Assembly (NCBI GenBank): GCA_030141605.1
Contig: JAQGDQ010000160.1
Span: 310,001-374,000, forward strand
Direction: 5' to 3'
Length of the DNA: 64,000 bases
DNA from: Tubiluchus corallicola
Taxonomy: Eukaryota > Animalia > Priapulida
Shown here: positions 13,901-59,565 of the stretch, one piece after another
How positions within the stretch are numbered: position 1 is the first letter of the stretch
Layout of the letters: each line of letters begins with the position of its first letter
The notes under the pieces: model-generated
Databases searched by the model: none
What the model saw: the letters and a program-made list of their open reading frames with translations, nothing else
What the model was told of the DNA's origin: nothing
Made by a program: the position numbers and the translations under genes

Positions 13901-16900
13901 GAGGGCTAAAATCAAGGTTATTAATGAAGCAAGTTTCCTGTCTAGTAACATAAAAATGCAGATAAATTAATGTACTAAATTATTAAATTCCCAATTTAAT
14001 ATTTAAGTCCACAAAGAGTTACAACCAATAATCTCAAAAACTACACAAAGTTAAGCCACAGTTCTTATTGCCTTTCTTCATGAGCCACAGTAACTCAATG
14101 AAAATGTAATCAGTAAGTGAATGTATAGGCTTGATATTAATTTAAGTAGTATATATATTTCAGTAAGTTGTTTTTCATAGCTCCGTTTCATCTAGCCAAT
14201 TTGAAGCCCATAAATAAAAGTAATCTCTGTTTTTTTGCTGTCAAGACTTTGGAGGATTAAACTGGACCCGATATTGTAAACACTAATTATGTACAGTTAT
14301 TACTGGTATGAGTTAAAAGTCTGTAATGCTTGTTTTACGATTTACCTAAATAATGTTTCATGTGTCTTTGTGTACAAGAACGTTTATATATACATACTCA
14401 CAAGTAAACTAACTGATATTAATACTACAGTATTATAATAATCCTAGTGCTACATTGGTAATTAAGGTGTCCAACTACATCGGTAGCCGCTGTCTGTTCG
14501 CACAGCAAACTGTTCACAAGAATTTCGGGAATTTGGCAATAAGAGCAAATATACTGTATATCGGCAAAAAGTGTTCAGAATGCCGAGCCAGCTCAGAACT
14601 AGTATTTGTAAATAACATGCCTCGTTTTATGAACTGTGACTGAAAACAGACAAGTCCACACACACCACACTCGCATTCTGCAGGTTGACCCAGTTCTGAT
14701 TCAATATGCATGGTACGGTACAGCTAATAAAGTGTGTATGACCTAATCTTATGGTTTACCCAGATGTAATTTGGAATTACATAGCCACAAGCATACGCGC
14801 CATGTGAAGCCGATCAAAATATTTGCTAATAATTGCCCCCTCCCCTTCCCGACAGTGGCTTACTGGAGATGGTTTCCCCTTTTTACTTGTACAGCCTAAA
14901 TATGATCGAATCAAAAAAATACGATACACACAATTTTTTACATGCACAAAAAAATTGTAAAAATGCTACGTATAGTTCGGCATTATTGCATTTATGATGC
15001 ATTAAGATTAGCACTAATTTCACAAGTTAGAATTCGTGACGCTAAAGCGTAAGCTGACGTAGATGGAAATATACCCACTGAAACAAACTAAGAAGAATTT
15101 TAGGCTGGTATAATAGGTTTAATAATACATATTATGACATAAGAAGCTGGATCTCGAAATACTATCTTATTGAAACGAGTTTAGCCCTCGGAGACTGATG
15201 CATTAACAATTAGCTTTGACTGCATATATGGAGCAAGTACTCGAAAGGCGTACAATAAAGGCAAACATCGATTGAACATCAGCTGCCATACGAGGCCGAA
15301 GCTTACTGTAGCAGAATGAGATTACCATTAGTTTAGTAACACGACAGGCAGACCTCTCAGTCGCTCAAAGTGCACTAAGCACTGCCTGAAATGTTGTGCT
15401 TACAGACCGCTCGGTTGCCAGGGCAGTAGACGCCAAGTATTCAGTCACGATGCACCAACGTAAACAGCTGCGCAGCGGCGGCAGCGCTCAATGTAAATAA
15501 CATTTTCCAACCAATGAGTAAAACATGATTTATGATGCGTTCTGAGTATTCTCAAGCAAACCGTTGTTATTCATTCAAATGCGCTGATGGCCATATTCGA
15601 TTATTCAAGCATACATATCTACAATGCATTATTAATATGATGAAAATGTATTCGAAAATACCGATCTATTTACGAATTTAAAATTTATTCTTCGATATGA
15701 AAAGATAACTAGAAAATTTTCTTGAAAGTTCAGTGAAAATTACGCCAATGACGCTTAACATTCTACGTAATGTTTTTAAGTTGTTGTTCGTATTTTTCTT
15801 TAAGCTTGCACAGAATACACAAATTCATAATAGTCCAAAGTATAAAAAATAAGAAGACAGACATAAAAATGTATTTCGACTAGAACAATTTGTAATTAAA
15901 ATATCACACAAAGCACCAAATGTGTACATCCTTTGGGTAGAATATTCACTGATTATATGTCATATCCAATGTTTCACACAAATTTACATGATTCCAAGAA
16001 TTTCAAGTCTTACTAATTGTCATACCTTAGTTTAGCAGAAGAAACTTCTCTAGCTCAAACTGAATTTAGATTTACATTGTTAGAAGCTAAACGCTAATGT
16101 ACTTTAAAAAACAAAGTACTAATCTGCAGAAATCCGGATTTGCGTAAACGCGTCGAACTCACACTGCTTTTTCTCAAATGCCATCATAAATATTTTTTAT
16201 TTGGCTTATATGTGTGTTTTATAGAATTTTAAGTCTGAAGTAAAAGTGTGAATTGAATAAAAGAAGATTTGCCAAATACCAAATAATTTCATTTAGCAAA
16301 TAAAAACACGCTAATTCACATTATGAACAGGTCCTTTGCCACAAGTGAATTACAGATTTTAATGCAGATTTCAACAAACAAATTAATAAAGTGCAGAATC
16401 ACAGACATTACGAGATGTGTGTACACCAAACAAGTTCTATACTTGTAATGCAAAGACAGTGCAAACATACACTGTCTTTGTACACCTCTATTCCTGCATC
16501 TAGCATTTACACACAAACAAAAAATTTCGATTTATTCAACTGTAGTTACTAGACCCAAATGGCTAAATCCTATAAACGACAGAATAGTGACGACTACACT
16601 GCCGAGATTTGGTTCAACAGCCTAAAATCGTAAATATTTAACAGGGCGTAAACTTATATAACACTCGATTCTAAACGCCTTCATTCATTGCATAAGTACA
16701 TTTCATCAGCAGTTTTGAGAAGGGAGAATGCATACTGCCCAACAAGAAAGTACCAAGGGTAAGGAGCGTTACAACGAAATCAAACCCCCTATACGATATG
16801 TTCACAGTTATAGGTACGCATTTAAGTCCCCATAGCCAGAAATTAATTAATAATCAGTTTCAGTTAAAACACTATATTAAAAGACAAAACTTGGCAGTAA

Positions 16901-19900
16901 AATTAATATTGAACTAATTAATGATAATTAAGAAAATAATAATTAAAAAGTAAACGGTTGAACTAAAAAGCACCCATGGTGGTAGTTTATCAAAAAAGTC
17001 TCAAATTACAAGAGGCTGTCTCTATACACACGTTTTAGAATTCTTGAAAATGCTTTATAAACCTATTTCGTTCACCAGCATCAGAAGCTTTGGTAGCGAT
17101 TTTGTTCACCAGTAAAAGATAAAGTCGTAAATATTCAACAGTGCATAAAATTATGACAACACTCACTCAATTTTAAATACCTTCCTTCATGGTATAAGTA
17201 CATTTATGAGCAGTGTGAACGCATAATAGCAATGCAGTAGTATGATACTGAACTAACTTACATTGCAGCATTACATTACAGGATTGCCCAACAGACTGTA
17301 CATCAATTACGATATAATCAAAACCAACATAATGTTCACACTTACAATGCGTGTACAAAAATAAGTGATACTCCCTATATCACCATTCACCACAAGCTGT
17401 AATTCGATCCAAAGGCCTGCTTTCTAGGCAGCTAGCTATACGGCAACCACAGAATACTCTTGACTTTTCATACTGTGGAATTTTACAATAAAGCCAATAA
17501 AGCCACTACTTCAATTTCCAGTTTCATGTAAAACACTATCAGACTTGGCATTTAAAATAAACAATGAAGTACCCAAAAAAACTCTTAACGCTCATTATGG
17601 CTAAGTCACCAAGTATATAATTTATTGTACGCATTAAAAGCGCCTGACTTTAAAAAAACACTCTTCACAGTTTTATGCCGTCATATATGATTAGAGCTCA
17701 ATTCATTGTGTTCATTTGCCAAGTCATCACTAGCTGGGCTCCTCGGTCGTTCGTTAAATTTTTAACCCATTATAATTAATTCTCAGAAACACTTTGGCAT
17801 TACAGGTATTAGAATGAATACTTTTTACAGTATTTCAAGATAGGATAGGATGTGAAGTTGTGAACAATCATCCTGTTTTCCTTTAACTAAGATACCGCCG
17901 CGAAACCCGCCCCTAAATTTGGCATTAATTCATTATTACACACTAAAGCCTAAAGGCGTTGGAAAAATAATAAAATGTCACGATTTGTAAGACGCATTCA
18001 CCTATTTAATGCGGGCTTTGCTTTTTTATTTCCTAAACGCTACATAAATAAGTAGACAGTGACTTAGAATGAGAACAAGTTTACTTTTGTAAATGAATGT
18101 TGTTAATAGTAAATGCGGGGCAGATCAGTCAAAATATCCCTATTTTTAGGGAAAACGTTACAAATGATACCAAGAACAGGTACGTAGGTGTAGCAACCTA
18201 TCCAATGTCAGGGACCCGTTCTAACTCCCACACTGCCCACTTCGTACTTGTTTGTAAATTTGACAATCTACTGTACACCGGCAGCAAGCATCGTCTACTG
18301 CACTGCCGCTCAAAGGGCACCTAGCATTCAGTTACGAAGAGAAATCTATTCGTAAATCAGCTAGCTACTGTACACACTACACAGTCAGCCAGACAGCGAA
18401 CTGTACTAGTGATAGCGAACACCGTTTACATTATCCGCTAGCATCATTTTTTATATTTTCCGAAACACGATAGTAATGAATTGAATAAATTATTAAAATT
18501 GATCGCGATAAAATAAATGGCAGATGCTAACCTTTAAATCAACAGTTCTGAGTACAGCGCAGTCAATAAAAAAGAAGGTCAGGTCAGCAGATCAGTCATA
18601 TTTAAGTCAATAGTCATTCAATGCACTAGTCATTAAGCTTTACGCACACATTATTCAAAAAAAAATTGTTGACAAAAATCATCATGGTTACTCAAATTCT
18701 GCGAAAAAGAAATTCTGCAAATTGCTTAACGTAAGAGAAAATGCATTTGCGCTCGTTTGTAACTCGAAAGCATCGAAGCATCTAATGTTTATTTAGCCAC
18801 AAATTTTAAAAATGTCCATATTGAGGGAATGGAAAACAGATCTGGAAAATATCAGTACTTTTAAAGATAAGTCAAAATGCTATTACTAAAACAAGAAATC
18901 AATTGAGACGGAACCTTCACACGTCGATTTTAATTCAGATTTGATGTAGGTAAAAACGGCATGGTAAAATGGCACACTTAGTAAAATATGAGTTTATCTG
19001 CATTAAGTTAGTATTACATTATAAACAGAAGCAAACAAATTTTAAAATTTATTCTTTATTAATAATTATTATCATAAAATGCGATATATTCAAGGCACAC
19101 GGATTTCACTGCTTGTAAACATCACCACATGTAAAATATAACCATCATCAACTGTTTGATATTATAGGAATAAAACGATGATAGTAATAAAACAAAAGGC
19201 TTAAAATGTAATATCATTAAAAAGCAGTAAAGCCTGATAAAAATGACTTAAGAGTAAACTATATCACTTCATTGTTATTGTACTGCTCAAATTAATGACG
19301 AATGCTGTGATTAGCTAATTAGCAAACAGTGCGTTTTTTAAACAAGCAATAATACGCTAACGTTGCGATCTTGCTTTTAATCTGTTACCTACTGGTCCCG
19401 CTTTGCTCAAGAACGTATGGAAGCTACATGCTTAACCGCAATTTCCTTTAAAAGCCTTCCTTGCACAGAACGCTAAACGAACTATCAAAATACTTGTCCG
19501 AAAGTGAGCCTAATAAGCAGCGTCTACTGTACATTAAATGTTGCATCGTAATTATTTTCTTATTACTGAAATTACATGTACATCAAAGCAATACACGAGC
19601 CATTTTCACAATGCTTGCGCCCAATGAAAGATATCACTGCAACATGCTTTGTTTAAACAGTTTAACACACGTATTACGAAATATAATTTAAGTCTATTGC
19701 ACAAAATGGCGTACTTTCTTAAAAGGCGGTTATCACGAATTCCTCCGCCCCAAGATTAACTTCTATGGTTAAACTTCCAACATTTATACTAGACAATAAT
19801 GTGGCAACAGACAAAAGTGAGAGGGCAATTCCACGGTTAGTAATGTTACATTTTCGGGATGTTCTCATGTTTTTAAAAAGAGCATTTCTTTATCTATTAA

Positions 19901-22900
19901 GTCTGATATTAAGTCTCACTCACGTTACAATACATCAGTCCAGTCTAGTTCTACAATACAGGAAGGATAGAATGAAAACATTTCACGGAACAATAAAGAA
20001 GAAAGCATTGCCTTTAATGTCGGCTAGTAACGTTACAAAAAAAATGACAAAAGAAATTAATGAGCATCATTGAATGGAAAGTTGCCTAAAATGGAATATG
20101 CCTCAAAGAAACTACAGTTATTCATGACTTCTAGCTTTAAGGGCAATATTCAAGCCAAATATATTCACTCATTATTATAAGTTTGCCTGAGAATTAAAGA
20201 CGAAAATCATGGTTAGTAAGGTTACAGTTTGTCCAGTGACAACAATGACTTACAAAATTGTGCTAAATCAATACAAGTTTTGTCAAGAGACAATGTACAT
20301 AAGAAGAAACATTAGAAAAGACATGAAACTCTCAATTCAGTCTATGAACGTATGAATGCAGTTATATTTAAAAAAACGGGGATTATTAATTAGCAAAACT
20401 ACAAAAAGTATCACTTTAAATGATTGGGTTGAGTCTTAACCACAGTTCCGTAATGATAGCAATCACAGTTAGTTATGTCACTGAATTCTGTGTTGACTAC
20501 ATGCAAGTACAGTAGCATTGCAAACATCATATGTGTACTGAAGACACACTGCTCACTGAATATAGCATGCAGTTACGTTTGCTTAAATTAATCACCTATT
20601 GTTTTATGCTGCCTTCTAGTGTCTTACTTTCACTTATTTCTTTGATCAGGACCTGTCCATAGGTGTCATATTCACTCATATCAAATAGTTAATAATGTTA
20701 CAGCTTGGTTAGTAATGTTACACATTTGAATCATAATATTTTTAACTTCTATTATGGTTAGTGGTATTTGTTTTCATATTTTAATTAGTCACTACACACA
20801 GTAAGAAAGTTTGAAATAATTTGATTCATGGACATTTTATATTCTCGGGGGTAAGTGAATTCACATTTCGGTTAGCAACGTTACATGGCTTGGAGAGAGT
20901 GGGGAAATGCAACTACACTGGCATTTTCAAGACATATCTGTCAATTTTACAAACATAAATCCATGAAGGCACTACACTGCCTATATGAATTTGATACTTC
21001 TGATTGGAAAGTATTATTTACTTTGATTAGATAGCTTTTTTACTATTACACAGATTTTGCCAATGAAATATAGCAAGTACACTCATTCAAAAGTGGTGAA
21101 TTCACCATTTGAAACTAACCATAACCCTGACAAATACTTTTCCCTGAAACTTCAATGTGTCTTTTACTAAGTCAAACACAAAAATCGTGGAAAAAAACAA
21201 ATCGAAATTTTAGGGTCATGTCCCTCTAATTGCGGAATTGCCCTAGTGGTATGTAGAAATATTTTAGGTTCACCACACATTTTTAACTGTTAGGAAATGA
21301 AATTTCAAAATGTTGATACATACATGTGCACATAGCTAGACTGCTAGAGATTGTAATGTAAGTCTTAAAGCCAGATGACAAGCAAATAATTCTCCAACAG
21401 CCACCAGATTTGTTAACAAGAACGCCACATGGAACCACTGAGTTCCAGCTCTAGGCCGTTGACATGATTATGCCTACTTGTACTACATGTACTGCTACTG
21501 TTCAGCGTCGAGACCCTGAAAATACCAACTCGTTGCTTGATTTTTGAACCGTGAAACTCACTGCAACCACGCTTGTACAGTTACCAGTCATGCACGCTGT
21601 GAAGTGCTGCTAGTTAAACAGTTATCTCATTCAAGATGGAACGCCTTGGCTGTGCAGAGGAAACAGCATTTTTAAAGATGTGCAATGGAGTGCAATGCAA
21701 TACCAGCAATATTTAAGAAGTACTGATTAGCAAGTAGATGCAAGTAGCAATTCAAAATCATGAATTTATAACTTTATCTTTAAATTTCGATGCACTAAAA
21801 TAATTTAACAGCTTTATATTGTGATGGACTAAACCAGTAAACCCCCACAATTTATTGTACTAGGGTAAATTCAGATTCCAGCCAGTATGTCTTTATTTTC
21901 TTATGGAACCAGTCTGGACTGTGTTCAATCATTTCTCAATGAAATCAATTAAGACTCACAAAATAGCTCTGCTTTAAGAAACTGAAGCCACGACACTTAA
22001 AACTTTTAAAATTCATTATTAAAGTTATATAGTGTATGCTGCTGTAATATATTGTTCAGCTTTCTGGTTCAACTATTATGAGATTAATGTAACATATAAA
22101 AAAGGTATCAGAACGCTTTTTAATCTTCAAATTGACTGCTCAGATTGGTTTACAGTATTTTAATGTAGGCATAAGAAAGGCTATTATTTCGGTGAATTGT
22201 AGTATAGAAAACTCTAGCAAAATGATCCTAATAAAGATTATGAATAGTGATTGTATGTATTTGTCATCTTGTGTGGACAATGCGTTACACAAACAATAAC
22301 CAATCACACTAACAGTCGTTGTTACTTACATTATCATACTTACGTAAACTGTATTTTTATTGTTGTCAATACGAACACAGCTGTTTTTGTCCATTCACAA
22401 GTAGGATTTACTAACATTTAGTTTATATATATATTATATAGGCCTAATTTATTATATGTTATATGCTTGTGAAAATCTGAAATAACACATTAATTTAATT
22501 TACTTTATAACAAGAATAATCTCGCTGTCAGCACTTTATATATATTTTTCACTTTCCCATGTGAGAGTAAATAACAACTTACTTTTTTCTTTTGCTAATC
22601 ATAATTCAGACCCTAGACTAGGGGTGAATTGAACTCACATTTTCATCAATCGAACCGAAACCGATTTTTGATGGATAGATGCACCGAATAGAAGCCTAAC
22701 TGAATGATTGACCATGCTGCCAAACTGAATTAAATTTGGAATACCAGACTGAAGCTGAACCAAATTTTTTACAAAAAAAAACTCAATAGACTTTTTTGTA
22801 ATTTCAATTGAAAAGGATTATAAACTCTGTAATGTTTTGTAGTTTTAAGTTGGTGGTGAATGGTGAGTGATGAGCTATGTAAAATTATTCTGATTAACAA

Positions 22901-25900
22901 AATCAGTGCTTGGATTTTATGCTTAATATTATGTAGTAAAGTATTAAGTATTTCACAAGCAGCCCCAATTCTTTCAAAATTTGCTCAAACTATTTTGTAT
23001 CTATAGGCCTAATCAATAAAAACAGCATTTAAGCAAAACTGAAATAATATAATTGTTTAAGAGCTCAAGTTCTCATTGATTTATTTTGTAGTGTATAAGT
23101 GAATACAAGACTGCCAGGCTGTTGCGCATTGACACGACTTGTGTACAGACAATGCATCACATTTTTGGAGTTATTATATACAGAAACAGAAAGCAAAATG
23201 TTGGCTGTTGTGCCACGTTCACTGGTTACTATCAGCTTTTTTCGGGTCATTCAGTTTGTTTAATGTAATTTTCAACGAATATGGCAATTATTAAAAAGGT
23301 AACTTCAGTATAACTACATCGGAGGTTCATTGAGCTTTTGTAATTACAACCGAAGTTTAATAGAATGGATTTTCATACTCATATCCACAGAAAAAATTTG
23401 GTGATCTGAATATTAGATGCATCCCTGCCATGGATCCTCTAGGTTTATTACTAGACCATTAAGTAACACAGAGGAAGGAGCTCTCACCACATCTATTCAT
23501 TTTCCTGCTTGAACCTGGCAAAAGTTCCAGTTAACAAAAGGCATTTATCAAAAAGCTCTAAAATTCTGATTAACAAGTCATGATATATTATATGCCTAGG
23601 AACTATTATTTGAAATAAAACTACGCACTAGAAGAAAATATAGAATTCTTACCTTTTAACTCGCGGCTAACCAAATTTGATAGATTAGGTTCTTCGCCAT
23701 AGTAAAATATCCACAGTTCTTTGGTATAAAGCAAATGTGGTGGAGTCCGATCTATACCATGATGCATTGTTTGGTCTGCACACTTCACCTTCCGCCATAC
23801 ACACAATATATCTGATGCAACACATTTCGCAAATGAAACTAAAACAGGGTCTTCCGTAGGATCAATCGTCCCATATGAGCTGTTAGCATTAGTTGGTATA
23901 AATCGACGCCATTTTATTCCAGTTAAATCAGTCTGAAAAAGTCAAAATTGCAATTTAAAACTAACAAAATATTTAATAGACAGCAGCTTCGAATCAACAT
24001 AATTGGAAACTAACTGACTTTATCTAGCTAGCAGATTTCTACATGTATGCAGTTGTATTCTTAAACAAACACAGTGCTTTTATATATGAAGTTTAATACA
24101 TACATGAATATTTTTGAGTTTTTTATGTAAAGTACAAGTTAAAATGCAAGATTTAATTCAACCTCTTAAAGTATAAAAAAAGGAAAGCAAACTTTATTTA
24201 TGTCAAAATCGAACATTTTTTAAGAAAAATCCCACAACCTAGTTTATAAACAATTTTATTATAAACTATAACGTTTTGAGAATATGCTCGTTCTGTTCAG
24301 ATCGTTAAAGTATATGATCTAAGGAATTATAAAATTTCAATGGCGAACATTTAGACAAGAGTTGCTACTAATCACAGTGAACACTCTTAGTGTAATTTGA
24401 TTTAATGATGGTCAGCTAGTGATGTTATGAAGAGAAAATCCATAAAACGTTCACTATTAAATCAAAATTTTTTATAATTACGTCAATGAAAACTTGGCAA
24501 ACATTTCAACATTAAAACAGTGCCCCACTTCATTTACATGAGTAGTTATCAAGATTTACATGAGTAGTTATCAAGATTTACATGTAGGCCTATTGTAAAT
24601 AAACCCATAACATTATTAAAAAAGTCTGCTTAAATAATGTTTACATGTACTTACTGTGACAATAGCAGCTTTACTATGTCAACACTGGTGAGTTTTTTTT
24701 ATATATTTTTACTTAAATCTACAAACTTTGAAACTTTTCAAAGAGGGCTTTTATGATGTAAAATTAGTTTATATTCTAATCTAATGAATGTTCAAAATTA
24801 ATCCTGATAAATTTTTCTACCCAACTAAAACGTATGAAGTGTAACTGAATGCGAAAAATGCAATTTAAAACATGAAAAAATTTGTCTAAATAATTCTGGC
24901 TTACACTAGACAGTTTTTGGATGTCTGACAGCTTTTGAGTATAATTGTATCAAACATTCAGTATAAGCTAATCAAAGTATAATTGACTATCAATCAGATT
25001 TGAAAAAAGAGAAAGAAAACCACAACAAACAATGCCATTAATTTAAAAACAGAGAATTTATTTATTTGTTCTTTTATACATTTCCAAAACTTATACAACC
25101 TCCAAGTACTTAATAAGATACTGAATTTAAAAGGGAAAACATAAAACATGTAATATAAATGAAGAAATGGTATAGCCCTGGAACTTTGCACATAAAAACA
25201 CTGGCATTACTTTATAAAGATACACTGGTTGTGTGTCTGCACAGTGATGACCTATAAAACCTTCATACGGGAAGCAGCAGTTATGTCAGTTGTATCTAAT
25301 TCATAAGCATTTTAACGTTTATTTAACACACTTCTTGTAGGTAAGAGAATACATAGTTACAAACTGTTAGCCTCTAGTTAACTGTGATGATTACTTCTAA
25401 GTAAACCTAATTCAATGGTCACTAGTTGTCAGTTGCTACAATTTCAGTTTTGTTTTTAAATCAATGATATTACATTTAAGCTTAACCATTTATTAGAGAG
25501 AATCTAGAGTAACGAACACTTCTTGCATTCTTTGTATTTCTTATGACCTCAGAATCACTCGCAATCACAGATTTATTAATAGGGTACCCATTATCTAAAA
25601 AGTCTTCTATTTTTCAGCCATTGTGCACATTTAGGGAAGACCGAACCACAAACAGAGTGGGGAATCAACTGCCATCTGAAATTGCTAAAACTTCTTCAGT
25701 GAACAAGTTCAAGAACAAGTTGGATAGATATTTTGATACAAAATATGGGGTTACAATGAGCTTGCTTGATTAACCTCTACCAGTACCACTCTTATAAGTT
25801 ATATTTTAAGAGTGGCGGTATGTGGAAATAGAAAAATAATGTAAACTGTTCATAGGAGACAGGTGCCTCACTGTTCGTTACAGATAATAAGTGAACATAT

Positions 25901-26228
25901 AACACCACAGTGCACGCACTAGCAACCAACAAAAATGGGTGACCCAATTTATTGAAAACTATGCTCCACAACAAGCAAGCTAAATAATCGTGCATCGTTT
26001 CGGGTAAAAAAGAAAAAATGTCTTTGAAAACGCCAGTTAAAGAAAACTAACGTTGAAAACTTAAATGCCTTTTCATAAGACAAAACTTAGCAGCAAAAGC
26101 CACAATCTGTAAAACGTACGAAAAAAATTTCCGAATACAAAATTAAAGAAGTTTCTTACCAAAGCAAATAAATTTGTATGACAATCTTCCAAACTTGCAC
26201 CGTTTGTCGACAAGTTTGCTGAAGTCAT
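1810..26228 (-). CDS. MED13: Mediator subunit 13 (CDK8 kinase module), 5' part, 13 coding exons, ~787 aa; continues beyond left edge
   Basis: Spliced translation [31 protein letters not shown]...[11 protein letters not shown]...[42 protein letters not shown]...[17 protein letters not shown]...[14 protein letters not shown] matches the recalled MED13 N-terminus. All 12 introns are GT-AG with matching phases. Confidence 0.96.
2023..2577 (+). mobile_element. Non-autonomous PIF/Harbinger deletion derivative
   Basis: 17-bp TIRs GGCCCGTTTTCCATGTG / CACATGGAAATCGTGCC (15/17), flanks ATA/TTA; internal [35 protein letters not shown] resembles the Harbinger transposase N-terminus. Confidence 0.8.
2639..2743 (-). 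CDS. MED13: MED13 exon 12
   Basis: [15 protein letters not shown]...NLKIK|gtaag. Confidence 0.85.
3034..3172 (-). CDS. MED13: MED13 exon 11
   Basis: [10 protein letters not shown]...QRQDVQ. Confidence 0.87.
3365..3979 (-). CDS. MED13: MED13 exon 10 (Pro/Ser/Thr-rich region)
   Basis: 615-nt open frame SKAKLKVG...MFHRRQ...LKRPRLP...LYDYTLVKA; ttag/gtaa ends. Confidence 0.9.
4251..4361 (-). CDS. MED13: MED13 exon 9
   Basis: LPSDGSG...[15 protein letters not shown] (WDF...C.C motif). Confidence 0.88.
4983..5116 (-). CDS. MED13: MED13 exon 8
   Basis: VIPNSTYRQ...[14 protein letters not shown]; phases 0/2 fit neighbours. Confidence 0.88.
5308..5540 (-). CDS. MED13: MED13 exon 7
   Basis: [14 protein letters not shown]...SLTPPTSP...ETQIK|gtgag. 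Confidence 0.93.
6386..6571 (-). CDS. MED13: MED13 exon 6
   Basis: [14 protein letters not shown]...WHQFYP...PRAVEVIV. Confidence 0.94.
7084..7229 (-). CDS. MED13: MED13 exon 5
   Basis: [32 protein letters not shown]. Confidence 0.94.
9077..9421. mobile_element. Foldback element/MITE with ~85-bp imperfect inverted arms
   Basis: GTAATTAACTAATGCCTGGCCTAGTTTCTATT (from ~9092) recurs as its reverse complement at ~9375-9406; similarity spans ~9077-9165 vs ~9331-9421. Confidence 0.75.
9784..9876 (-). CDS. MED13: MED13 exon 4
   Basis: [30 protein letters not shown]. Confidence 0.94.
11719..12920. mobile_element. MITE with ~28-bp TIRs containing a tandem duplication
   Basis: AGCGCCATTTACCAGACAGCCAGAATGC ... 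GCATTCTGGGTGTCTGGTAAATGCCGCT; TAA on both flanks; superfamily uncertain. Confidence 0.78.
11725..12680. repeat. Near-perfect tandem duplication, 2 x 475 bp
   Basis: 11725-12199 repeats as 12200-12674; one substitution seen (TTAACACT vs TTAACGCT); ATTTAC at the junctions. Confidence 0.95.
13457..13550 (-). CDS. MED13: MED13 exon 3
   Basis: [32 protein letters not shown]; AG/GT ends. Confidence 0.93.
22619..23427. mobile_element. Possible decayed hAT-like non-autonomous element
   Basis: TAGGGGTG...CATCCCTG-type ends with subterminal (A)ACCGAA motifs; no clear TSD. Confidence 0.35.
23653..23932 (-). CDS. MED13: MED13 exon 2
   Basis: tttttcag|[11 protein letters not shown]...[21 protein letters not shown]...[13 protein letters not shown]|gtaag. 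Confidence 0.95.
24532..24584. repeat. 22-bp tandem repeat, ~2.4 copies
   Basis: ATTTACATGAGTAGTTATCAAG x2 plus ATTTACATG. Confidence 0.9.
25520..25822 (+). mobile_element. CR1-like LINE 3' fragment in MED13 intron 1
   Basis: [29 protein letters not shown] resembles the CR1 ORF2 C-terminus; 3' stem-loop CCACTCTTA/TAAGAGTGG (25786-25815). Confidence 0.75.
26160..26228 (-). CDS. MED13: MED13 coding exon 1
   Basis: [23 protein letters not shown]; TTG|gtaag donor. Confidence 0.95.
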
Positions 26229-26335
26229 TGTCACTCCATGGCACAACGGTTAGTTCAGTGATAATCCACTGCAACTAAACCCGTTAAAATACACATAAAT
26301 TGTCGTAATTTTAAACAAAACCAAAGAAATCCTCG

Positions 26336-26439
26336 AAAAATGGCGAAATAAACCGAGTAATGGCGACTGAAACAACAAGGCGGTAGTGTCTCTTCCTGTG
26401 ATTGGTTAATTGTAGGTCACGTGATTTTAAACCAATCAC
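26336..26439. promoter_or_regulatory. Putative bidirectional promoter core for MED13/BLTP2
   Basis: YY1-like AAAATGGCG (26337-26345) and TAATGGCG (26358-26365); ETS-like CTTCCTG (26392-26398); inverted CCAAT boxes GTGATTGGTT (26398-26407) and AACCAATCAC (26430-26439) flanking E-box GTCACGTGA (26416-26424). Confidence 0.72.
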
Positions 26440-26692
26440 CATCTAAGTTACCTGCTAAAAATGTTCTTTCACAAAATAAAACAAAACGAAATGAAAAAAA
26501 TTGTTTAGTGTAGCAAACGAAATATTTTATACAAAAAATAATTTATGCATATTGTTTGCAACGCGGTATTTTTTAAGTTTATATTTTTATTTTATCTGTT
26601 AGTTGTTGACAGGTAAAAACAATATGTCAGCTCCCATTTGTAGTATTTTATGATTCCGTTTCATTACATTTTTGTGGTACAGCGTATTTAAC

Positions 26693-59565
<32,873 letters not shown>

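Noticed and set aside
19765-20073. 102-aa ATG-initiated ORF in MED13 intron 2
   Set aside because: No recognisable domain or splice context; consistent with a chance ORF
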